The notes under the pieces were generated by a model. That model saw only the letters and a program-made list of their open reading frames with translations, was not told the origin of the DNA and made no database searches. Below are positions 26,277 to 37,140 of a DNA stretch of 64,000 bases, one piece after another; position 1 is the stretch's first letter; each line of letters opens with the position of its first letter. The DNA is from Callorhinchus milii (lineage: Eukaryota). The stretch spans positions 5,706,001-5,770,000 of the forward strand of contig NW_024704743.1 in assembly GCF_018977255.1 (NCBI RefSeq), written 5' to 3'. The position numbers and the translations under genes were made by a program.

Positions 26277-26281
26277 GGGTC

Positions 26282-26354
26282 ATGGCATCTCTGGGTTTCT
26301 GGTCTCACGGGGCGGCTCAGCGACCCGACAACACGGCAGACAATTCCACCACAG
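26282..26354 (+). CDS. GAD2: Glutamate decarboxylase 2 (GAD65) exon 1, MASLGFWSHGAAQRPDNTADNSTT
   Basis: gtcATGG Kozak context; MAS..GFWS is the GAD65 N-terminus; CAG|gtacgt donor, phase 1. Confidence 0.9.
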
Positions 26355-26483
26355 GTACGTCCCGTCCCACCACCGACCCACAGGAACCCGGTGCTCAAAG
26401 GGGGGAAATCAGATCAAATGGGGCGTTTGAGTAAAGACGGGAAAACACGAGAGGGTTCAATCCTGTTTCCTCCCCAGGCAACA

Positions 26484-26487
26484 GGGT

Positions 26488-26529
<42 letters not shown>

Positions 26530-27226
26530 GTTTGGGGTGGGGGGTGTTTGGGGTGGGGGGTGTTTGGGGTGGGGTGTGGTGGGGGGGGAGGTGTGTGGGG
26601 TGGGTTTGGGGTGGGGGGTGTTTGGGTGGGGGGGAGGTGGTTGGGGGTAGTGTTTGGGGTGGGGGGGGGGTGTTGGGGTGGGGGGGTGTTTGGGGTGGGG
26701 GGTGTTTGGGGTGGGGGGTGTTTGGGGTGGGGGGGTGTTTGGGGTGGGGGGTGTTTGGGGTGGGGGGTGTTTGGGGTGGGGGGTGTTTGGGGTGGGGGGT
26801 GTTTGGGGTGGGGGGTGTTTGGGGTGGGGGGTGTTTGGGGTGGGGGTGTTTGGGGTGGGGGGTGTTTGGGGTGGGGGGTGTTTGGGGTGGGGGGTGTTTG
26901 GGGTGGGGGGGTGTTTGGGGTGGGGGGTGTTTTGGGGGTGGGGGGGTGTTTGGGTGGGGGGGGGAGGTGGTTGGGGGTAGTGTTTGGGGTGGGGGGTGTT
27001 TGGGGTGGGGGGTGTTTGGGGTGGGGGGTGTTTGGGTGGGGGGGGGAGGTGGTTGGGGGTAGTGTTTGGGGTGGGGGGTGTTTGGGGGGGGGGGTGTTTG
27101 GGGTGGGGGGTGTTTGGGGGTGGGGGGTGTTTGGGTGGGGGGGGGGAGGTGGTTGGGGTAGTGTTTGGGGTGGGGGGTGTTTGGGGTGGGGGGTGTTTGG
27201 GGTGGGGTTTGGTGTGTGGGTTTGGG
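26484..27226 (+). repeat. Poly-G run (~41 G) plus ~16-bp G-rich minisatellite (TGTTTGGGGTGGGGGG)n
   Basis: Directly visible in GAD2 intron 1. Confidence 0.95.
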
Positions 27227-27467
27227 AGAGAAAGTAAAAAGATCACAGTGAGAATCAGTGCTTTTCTCACAAATCCTCTCGTTCGCCTTTTCTTGTTGGG
27301 TTGTGTTTGGGCGGAATGAGAGAGAGATGGAGAGATGGAGAGAGAGAGAGAGTGAGGGGTGAGCTCTGTGGGAGCTGTGAGCAGAGAACAAAACCCTGTT
27401 CTTTTTTTAAATGGAACAGGTTGTTTATTAGAGGCTCTGAAACAGCACAGTTTAAAGAGATAGAGAA

Positions 27468-28236
27468 ACACACACAGACAGACACACACACACACACAGA
27501 CACACACACACACACACACACACAGACACACACACACAGACACACACACAGACACACACAGACAGACACACACACACACAGACAGACACACACACAGACA
27601 CACACACACACAGACACACACACACACAGGCACACACACACAGACACAGACAGACACACACACAGACACAGAGACACACACACAGCCATGCTCACACACA
27701 CACAGACACACACACACACACACAGACATGCTCACACAGACACACACACACAGACATGCTCACACAGACACACAGACAGACACACACAGACATGCTCACA
27801 CACACACACACAGACACACACACACACAGACACACACACACGCAGACACACACACACACAGACATGCTCACACACACACACAGCAATGCTCACACACACA
27901 CACAGCAATGCTCACACACACACACACACACAGCAATGCTCACACACACACACAGCAATGCTCTCACACACACACACACACAGTCATGCTCACACACACA
28001 CACGGACATGCTCACACACACACACAGTCATGCTCACACACACACACAGTCATGCTCACACACACACACACAGACATGCTCACACACACACACAGTCATG
28101 CTCACACACACACACAGTCATGCTCACACACACACACACAGACATGCTCACACACAGACACACACACACAGACAGACACAGACATGCTCACACACAGACA
28201 CACACACAGACACACAGACATGCTCACACACACACA
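27468..28236. repeat. Compound (CA)n / CAGA / CATGCT repeat
   Basis: Directly visible. Confidence 0.95.
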
Positions 28237-28949
28237 GCCAGTCGATGCCACTGGAATTACTAATTGCTCCCAAGAAAGCACTTCCGAACATTCAGCATCG
28301 TTTCCACTTTGTGTTGTTGTGCGACTGAAACCCGAAATGTTTGCCCGAGGCGTAAAATCGCTCTTCCTTAAAACAGCGAATGTCAGGGCCTGGGAACGTT
28401 TCGCTGAATCTCATGACTGAGGTGCAAAAGCCAACACTGTGGCGGGTGGGAGTCGCTGTTTACTTCATTGTATCCAGTTATTGCCGAAGGTTGATGTCCC
28501 TTTGCATGCGACAATAACCCTATTTAGTAAAGGATTTTTAACAGCATTGATTGCAAGTATAAACGACCTCATATCTTGCAGAGGAACCCGCCAAGGATCA
28601 CTTTAAACCCTCGACACCAAACCGATCTATAAGTTGCTCGGAGCTAACTGCTTGATAAGAGCCTGTTCCAAAGTGTCATTTTATTTCAGGTCAACTTTTT
28701 TCCAATCGACTGTGGACACAGTTCTCTCCCCATTCACAAGGATTTCGTCCCTTTGTTTTGTTGCAGAAATAAACTCCGTTTATTTCACAAAGGGACTCCT
28801 CCTTGAGGTCGATCAGCTTTTCTTCTTAGTCCTTTCGAGCAAAACTGAGGGTTGAAGAGGTCTGTAAATTAGAGTTGGGAGGGACAAGGACAGGACAGGG
28901 GAAGGAATGGAGTTCAAAGCATTGATACAGTCCTGTCTTATGTTCGCAG

Positions 28950-29009
28950 CCAATGCCTGGTGTCAGATGGCTCAGAAGTTTACAGGTGGAATTGGATCGA
29001 AGCTTTGTG
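28950..29009 (+). CDS. GAD2: GAD2 exon 2, (A)NAWCQMAQKFTGGIGSKLC
   Basis: ttcgcag / G|gtgagt; 60 nt; AWCQ.AQKFTGGIG.KLC is GAD65-specific. Confidence 0.96.
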
Positions 29010-30999
29010 GTGAGTGGTCCTAATTCACTTCTGTTGGGGGCACTGGTTACAAATAACAGTTGCCTTTAATTTAATATCATTTTACCGTGTTGTTGCCTTA
29101 TTTGTTTTCTGTAACCTGTGCTTAGATTTTGCTGAGGTCCCGAAAATAACTGAGGGCATTTGATTTGAGACGTTAGCGAAACCGCCACAATGAGAGACTT
29201 GAACCAAACAAACAGTTGAACCACAGTGAATTGGCTGTGTATTTTGTGGGTGTTTCGCCCACAAAATATTCAGTCAATCCACTTTACAATATAGTCTGTG
29301 GAGCGCTTTGAGACGTCTCAACGAAGTGATAAGATGCTATATCAAATGGAAGGATTATTATTATTATCATAAATAGACCAGTGGGCTCATCATCTCTGAG
29401 GACTTTTTATGAATGATAATCTACTGGCGTTAAGGCAGTTGCTTCCTGTTGTCAGTTCATTCAATCCTCCAAGTCAAGGTCTGAAAAAATATCTGAAAAA
29501 TAAAGTCTCAGCTCAAAAACAGTGAGAGGACGATTTGTATGTTTATTAAGGTTTTTTTAAAAAAAAATCACAAATGGAAACAGATGTGTTTGGTAAATCA
29601 TCCCCTCTTCATATACTAACGATTTGAACCTAAGGTTCTAAGCAAAAACCAAGAAACTAAAAATGCCAAACATTTTTCTGAAGGGATGTGGTCACGTAGC
29701 AGAAATGGAATGTTTGGTGCCTTTGATTTGAGTGACAGCAAAGATTTTCAGCACAGTCCGTCTCCTCCACCCCACTCCCCCGTTAGAATTGACAACCATT
29801 AACTACCCCATTACCTATCTGCGTTGATCAGCTGAGATTTTGCCATTGTCTGTAAATATTTCACCTTCTACATCTTGGATTTCATTACGTTTAACCCTTT
29901 ATAAGGCCATGGCATACTCTGATTCTGGCAAGTTAATGTTTTAGTTGAAATTATGTTTTAAAATTATGCCTTCGCCGATAACACAAGTACTTAGATGTCA
30001 AAATACAGCTCAAGATCCGCACAAGCCATTGTTTTTTTCCTTCTTGTTTAATCTTGAAAGAGGAACAAATTAATTTCGTTTTTTCCCAGTGAAGGCTGAG
30101 AGCCGACCTTTTTAAAGTACCAACAGAAAGATCTTTGTTATCTGCCAGAATCGCTAAGATGTCCGATGAAGCGTTTAAGTGGAGTACATCATAGAGAGCT
30201 TGTCACGCTGTCAAAAATATAGCATCTGCCGTACTATTGGTACCTCACCCAGATTCACCACTACAACTATGCTGTCTACACACACTTGTTCGTTTATCTA
30301 CTATTATAATTGCCCGCACACAATTACATCCCACTGCCCCACGCGCACATACACCATTAAACCACCACTTACTTACCCTAAGGCACCACTACACTACAAT
30401 ATACACCTGTACATTACACACCATGATACTATTCAGACACCAACCTACACAACACAATTACCTTATGTATCCACTGACATATCATTAACCCCATACTCCG
30501 CCACCCACATATATCACAATGCATCACTACCGCCAACAACAACAACAACCTGCATTTATATACCATCCCTCATGCAGGGTAGCGTACCAGAGAGCTTGAC
30601 ATTACCCACATCCCACCAGTGCTCCCACACACACACACACAATTATACCATCTGGAACTTAAACATGAAGGCTTCAACATGAATAATGGCCATTTGGGGA
30701 AGCCAATGGAAAATGACTGTTGCCTCGCCATGTCTGGTGGTAGAGGCAGAGTCCATTGTGGGTTTCAAGAGGTAAATAGGATAGTGAAGGAAGGAGGCTT
30801 GATGGTGTATTGCAATAAGGCAGGACAGTGGCATTCAATCAACACCTTGCTCTGAGATCTCATGGAGACTCGATGGGATGAATAGCCGGCTTTCTTCCTT
30901 GTCGAAAATTTCTGTGATTCTACGAAATACCCCATCACGGAGAAGGATGTATGTGGCTTACAAACAAACATATAACTTGAATAAACTTCTCTCTCTCTC

Positions 31000-31345
31000 T
31001 CATACTGATTAAAAGAACCTAAGGTTTGATCGCTGGTCTGTGCAGATTAAGTTGAATTCACCTTGGGATGATGGTTAAGAAACACCCTACAAATTGGTTG
31101 CATCACCCCGTGGTTGGAAGGTGAAAACTCAGTTTGAGTTCCTGTTTTTTTTCATTATTATTCAATGAGCCCGGATGAAAAGAGCATATGCACGGATGTT
31201 GGGTGAAGATTACTTTACACTAAGCGGTAATTTCCCCCATCTCTCACAACGTCGACCCAGAGAGAAATGCATATCCCATCAACACTCCTGGTGTGGACTT
31301 GCAATGTATAGAATAACCGCTTGAGCAAGGTAGCAGAGAGTTGAA
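31000..31345 (+). mobile_element. Old SINE remnant resembling AmnSINE2
   Basis: Blocks GGTCTGTGC...TACAAATTGG...GGATGTTGGGTGAAGA...CTTGAGCAAGGTAGCAGAG resemble the AmnSINE2 consensus as recalled; needs a RepeatMasker check. Confidence 0.4.
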
Positions 31346-31743
31346 CTGCAACTGTGCTTTATCTTCAGTTAGGATAGGAAGAGAGGGTGAGTGGAAATGC
31401 CAGCAAGAAAAAAGGAAATTGGGATTACAAACATAATTTAATGAATTAAACAAATAAATTATAATAAAATATAATATTTAATCATTTTCCAGCGGTAATA
31501 ACCCCTTCAAAAATAATAATAATAATAATTTGGTCACTCAATTCATGACTATTTGTGGGACGCTGCTGTGCACAATAAGATGCCGAGTTTCGCTCACAAA
31601 ATACACAGTCAGTCACTTCGCAGTATATTCTGTGAAGCGTTTTAAGACGTTTCAACGTCATGAGAAGGCGCTGTATCAAATGCAAGGGATTATTATTATT
31701 ATTAGAATTTACAATTGTGCTTTATTGGTTTTATTGATCGCAG

Positions 31744-31893
31744 CATTCTTGTATGGTGATGGGCAAAGACCTGCAGGGACTGTGGTTAAGGAGGAAACAG
31801 CATCCATGGAATCCAACCTGGCCTGCAACTGCAACAAGACCCCGTGTGCGTGTCAGAATGTTCAAATCAACTTTTCCCTCCTGCACGCAATAG
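31744..31893 (+). CDS. GAD2: GAD2 exon 3, (A)FLYGDGQRPAGTVVKEETASMESNLACNCNKTPCACQNVQINFSLLHAI
   Basis: cgcag / G|gtaagg; 150 nt; CxC...PCxC cysteine cluster of GAD65. Confidence 0.94.
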   Translation, partial: HSCMVMGKDLQGLWLRRKQHPWNPTWPATATRPRVRVRMFKSTFPSCTQ

Positions 31894-32424
31894 GTAAGGT
31901 ATCTTTGTGATATAATGAAACACCTTTCAAATTAACTTCTTCCATCCTTGCATTATATTGGCAGATTCAAAAATTAGGTGCATGACATTATTTATGTGTT
32001 CGCCTGCAAAAAATTGTTTTGTACTTCGAGTTCACATCGATCAGGATCTGGATAGAGATGACCTGAACTCACGTTTGTCAGAACCTACAGTGACCATTAA
32101 ACTCTCAAGCCTTTGATTTTAATCATGCATCGTGTTTCCAGAATATCATTCCTGAGCCAGGTGGGTCCACAGTACCCCAGGGCACTGTTGATGACAGCCC
32201 AGATAGCCTTGCTTTATTGACAGGATTTGGAAGGGCAGACCAGTCATTTGGGGAATGGAATCCTCCCACTCAGTTCCCGTTCACTCTGCAATCCAAAGCC
32301 CTACCAGGTACTGGGTGGTCCTAGCTAGACAAGCAGGAAAGCTTGCCAGACAGTGCTATTAATGGCAAGCTATGCAGTTTTAGCAGTATTCCAAGTCCCT
32401 AATACTTTCCGGAATTAGGTAAGC

Positions 32425-33140
32425 AACAATAACAACAACAGCAGGTTTACATTTGTATAACACCTTTCACGTCGGAAGGACGTCCCAAGGCGCTGGACAG
32501 TGTACAGCATTTCAGACCCGAGCTGAGGTCAGGGGGGGAGAAGGGAGGGGAGAGGAGGGGGGAGTGACTGATGGCATGGTCGAAGAGGAGGGTTTTGAGG
32601 CGGGACTTGAAGGAGGCTAAGGAGGGGGCGAGGGGGAGTGATTGGGGGATGGAGTTCCAGAGGTTGGGGGCAGAGTGGCTGAAGTGGTGCGGGTGGGTCG
32701 AGGGACGTGGAGCAGGCCGGAGCCGGCTGAGAATGGGTGGGTTGGTAGGGGGTTAGGAGGTCACAGAGGTAGGGTGGGGCACGGCCATGGAGGGCTTTGT
32801 AGGTGAGGACCAGGATCTTGAACTGGATCCTCTGAAGGATAGGGAGCCAATGGAGTCGGGTGAGAATGGGGGAGATGGGGTCATGGAGTTTGGTGCGGGA
32901 GAGGACACGGGCTGCAGAGTTCTGGATTATCTGCAGCCTGTGGAGGGGGGAGTTGGGAAGGCCGACAAGCAGGGGGTTTGCATAGTCGAGCCTGGAGGTG
33001 ATGAAGGCATGAACAAGAGGTAGTGGCGGAGTCGGGCGGTGTTACTGAGGTGAGGGAAGGCAGAGCGGGTCATGGCTTGGATGTGGGAAGAAAAGACAGT
33101 TGAGGGTCGAACAAGACACCTCGGTTCCTGACTGGCTTGG
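32425..33140 (-). mobile_element. L2 LINE 3' fragment with (TTG)n tail, inserted into the unclassified ~480-bp element
   Basis: Peptide [19 protein letters not shown]; tail GCGCCTTGGGACGTCC..GACGTGAAAGG. Confidence 0.85.
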
Positions 33141-35205
33141 TCAGTCAGCTGGATGTGTCCCTCCAGGGAGAGAGTGCGCATTCCATTCCAATAAACATCT
33201 CTGGTATTTCCATGTATAGGTGGAATGCATGGAATTCTCAGTTTGGTTTGAATGCTCCCAAGGTGTCAGACATACAACTGACCAAAAAAAAGAATATCAT
33301 TGGATAAGACTCAGAATTTCTCTTTGCCTCAAGGGAAGTGTCCTTGTCCATCCTTCAGATGAGATGTTATAGCAAATTCCCATCTGTCTCTCTGTTCAGG
33401 TGGATGTTAAAGATTCCATGGACTATTCAAAAAGAGAAGGAAGGTTCCCATTGTGTACTGGCGTCTAGAATAAAATATCTAGATAAAGTTGGTCACTCGC
33501 TTCATGGCTGTTTATGGGACATTGTTGTATGCAAATTGGCTACTATATTCACCTAGAAATACACAATCATACACTTTATAATAAATTCCGTGGTGTGATA
33601 AGCATTGTATCAGCTGCAAGGATCATTATTGACAGAATTGTTTTAAACATTAAGATTGGGCAATTTTGGAATTATTTTAAAAAATCAATCCTAATTTGTT
33701 AGCTACTTTTTTTGCAGTTCTTGAGTAAAATAGTCCAACTGTAGCTATCCAATGTCCAACTCAATTCCAACACGACTAATCTATTTTTACATTCAAAGCC
33801 TCTGTTTATATATCCCGGAACATTATTTGCCTCCTTAAAAGATTTTTGTACTTGGCAACTCAGGTTCAGTGATTTACGTACTTGTACGCCAGTTCACTTT
33901 GCTCCTCCAGGCCACTGAATGTCGTAACCTTCAGTTTGTACTTCCACCACTCCCTATTTTTTTCCCAAATGGCAATGCAAGTAACTTATCAGTGTTAAAC
34001 TGCATCTGCCACTCGCTGGAACATAGGAACAGGAACAGCTGGACTAGTTAGCTGGCTCTCAGGGCGCTCGTGAAGTTAATGCAGTCTTTTACACAATTTG
34101 CTAATCCATCTAATTTAGTAACGTCAGCATATTTGCACACAACCCCTCCTATATCCACATCCAAGTTATTAATGTGTATTTTAAAAAGCTGCAGTGCTAA
34201 TATGGACACAACTAGTTACATCTTGTCAGAATTAGAAACATCCATGAATTCCCACTCTGTATTCTGCTCCTGCCTCCTTCTGTACACTTTACTACTCAAC
34301 ATTAATAGTTTGATACTCAATCTCTTATGAAGCACTTTATCAAAGCCAATGACTATTGATGTTCCTCGGGCGATGAGTGTCTCTATTCTGGATACCTTGC
34401 AATTCACATAAACCAGTAATGAAATCAAGAAATGTTCTTTTAATATTCTAAATGTGTCAATAAAAACAAGCTATTGTGGCCACATGACAAGATGGATTTA
34501 GTTCTACACTAAATTTGTAGGGCTACAGGATAAGAACGGGGGTGTGGGACTAGCTGGATAGCTGTTTCAAAGAGGGCAACGATTTAGGGCTATTTATAAC
34601 GAAAAAGAGGATTTCTTTTAAGCAGAGGATTATTAGGATCTGGAATGCTAACAACTGGAAAAGAAAATATAAAAAGTTATGTGCAAAACTGGGAATAAAC
34701 AGACAGCTACTGTGGAGAGCCAACAGGGCCATAATGGCCCAAATGTCCTTCTTCTGTCCTGAATAATAATAATCCTTGCATCGTGGTCGAGACATCTCAA
34801 AGCGCTTCACAGGATATACTATGAAGTGGATTGACTATGTATTTTGTGCACAAAATGTGGCAGCCAGTTGTGCACAGCAGTGGAGTGAGTGACCAATGTT
34901 GTTTGTGGGATTGTTGGGCGGGACACTGGGAGAAACTCTCTTCTCTTTTTGAATAGTGCCAAGGGATCTTTAAGATCCACCTGAACAGGCAGACGGGACC
35001 TTGGTTTAAAGTGTCATCCGACGGACGACATCTCTGAGAATGCAGTATACCCACAGAGCTGCACTGGGTTATCAGATCCAATAAGAATTATCACCCTTGC
35101 TCAGTTGGTAGCATTCTCACATCTGAGTCAAAGGTTGTGGGTTCAAGCCCCCACATCAGGACTTTGGACTCAAAGTCTAGGCTGACACTCCAGTGCAGTG
35201 CTGGA

Positions 35206-35679
35206 ATTCAAGATCCTCATCCTCACCTATAAGGCCATTCATGGACTCGCTCCTTCCTACCTCTCCGACCTACTATCACCCTACCTACCTGCCAGTACCC
35301 TCCGTTCCTCTGGCTCCGGTCTGCTCCACATCCCCCGCCCCAACCACCCTACCATCGGTGGCCTTCAGCCTCTCAGCCCCGAGGTTCTGGAACTCCATCC
35401 CCCAGTGCCTTCGCCTTGCCTCCTCCCTTTCCTCCTTCAAGGCCGGTCTCAAGACCTTTCTCTTTGACCGTGCCTTCAGCTCCCCTCTTGACTCTCTACC
35501 CCCTCCTCGCTCCCTCCCTTCCCTCCCCTCACCATTTCCCCCCTCCTCGCTCCCTCCCTTCCCTCCCCTCACCCTGACTATTTTTCCCCCCAAGGGTCCT
35601 GACCCAACTGTCCAGCGCCTTGGGACGTCCTCCCGACGTGAAAGGCGCTCTATAAATGGAATCTTGTTGTTGTTGTTGT
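35206..35679 (+). mobile_element. Young L2 3' end inserted into a Deu-SINE
   Basis: ORF2 C-terminus EFKILILTYKAIHGLAPSYLSDLL; (TTG)n tail; TGGA on both sides (possible short TSD); host SINE resumes afterwards. Confidence 0.88.
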
Positions 35680-36499
35680 GGAGATGCTACACTGTTGGAG
35701 GTGCCATCCTTTGGATGAAAAGTTAAACCAAGGTCCCATCTGCTTGCTCAGGTGGACATCCCACGGCACTTATTCAAAAAGATAAGGGAGCTTCTCCTAG
35801 TGTTCTGGCCAACAATCCCCCAAATAAAGTTGGTTATTCACTTCATGGCTATTTATGGGACATTGCTGAGTGCAAATGGGTTGACTTTTTTCCCAACAAA
35901 ATACACAGTCTTTACACTTTACGATATTGCTTTGAGATCTCTCAAAGCCGTGATAAGTCGCTATATCAGATGCAAGGATTATTATATAATTTTTATGTAT
36001 CCTGCGAAGCACTTTGAGATATCTTCCTGACATGATAAGCAATATACCAAATGCAAAGATTATTATTAGAAATTCTGTGATCACCGGTGAAAATGATCAC
36101 ATCACACAGTGCATCTTTACCCTACATTAGATAAGAGAAAGAAATATGTTGCAAAAATTGTTGAGTGTGATTCTTATTGGTTTACTTTGCAAATTGTTAT
36201 TGCTTCAAAGATTTCTCGAGACAAACCATTCACAGATCAAATTAACCTTATCAGCTGAAAGAACAATACATCACATGCCACTATTTGAAAAGAAAAAGGA
36301 ATTTCTCCTAGTCTTCTGGCCAACAATCCCCAAATAAAAACTGGTCACACACTTCATGGGTGTTTATAGGTCATTGCTGTGTGCAAATTAGCTACCACAT
36401 TTACCTACAAAAATGCAGTCACTACACTATAGAGTAGATCCTTATAATGCTTTGAGATGTCTTCCCAGTGTGAATGACACCATGTTAAATGCAACAACA

Positions 36500-37140
36500 A
36501 CAAATGTGAAATGCACAGTGAAGCATTTTTTGCACCTGAGCTGGGGGTTGGGATCAGGAGAGGTGCAAAACAGGGAGGGTGGGGGTAAGATGGTGACCGA
36601 AGGCACGTTCAAGCAGGAAGACAGGCCTTGAAGGAGTCACAGGAGCGAGCAAGGCCAAGGGACTATGGGATGGAGTTCCAAAGCGTGGGGATCGAAAGGC
36701 TGAATGCACGACTGCCAATGGTGGGGTGGGCAGAGCTGGGGACGTGGAGTGAGTGGGTTAAGTCGGCATGGAGTTAGCAGATCACAGAGGCTGGGGGGAG
36801 CAAGGCCGTGGAGGGCTTTGAAAGTAAGGACAAGGATTTTGAACTCTACCCTCTGAGGGATAGGGAGCCAGTGGAATTAGGCCAGGATAGCGGTGGTAGC
36901 ATCATGTAGCCTGGTACGGGAGAGGACACGAGTTCTGGATAATCTGCAGCTTGTGAAGGGAAAATTTGGGAAGATCGAGAAGTAGGGAGTTGGCGCAGTC
37001 AAGCCTGGATGTGATGAATGCATGGATGAGAGTCTCGGCAGCCTGAGGGGAGAGGCAGTAGCAGAACCAGGCAATGTTGCAGAGGTGAGGAAAGGCAGAA
37101 CGGGTCATGGATGTGGACAGTTGAAAGACTGTTGAGGGTC
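36500..37140 (-). mobile_element. L2 3' fragment
   Basis: Peptide [21 protein letters not shown], typical of the L2 ORF2 C-terminal region. Confidence 0.85.

Noticed and set aside
24433..28420. Long ORFs of 190-450 aa (HT-, CV-, GGV-, PPT-rich)
   Set aside because: Translations of simple repeats, open in several frames on both strands
30179..30682. 167-aa Thr/His/Tyr-rich ORF
   Set aside because: C/A-skewed low-complexity intronic sequence with a GTG start and no recognisable domain
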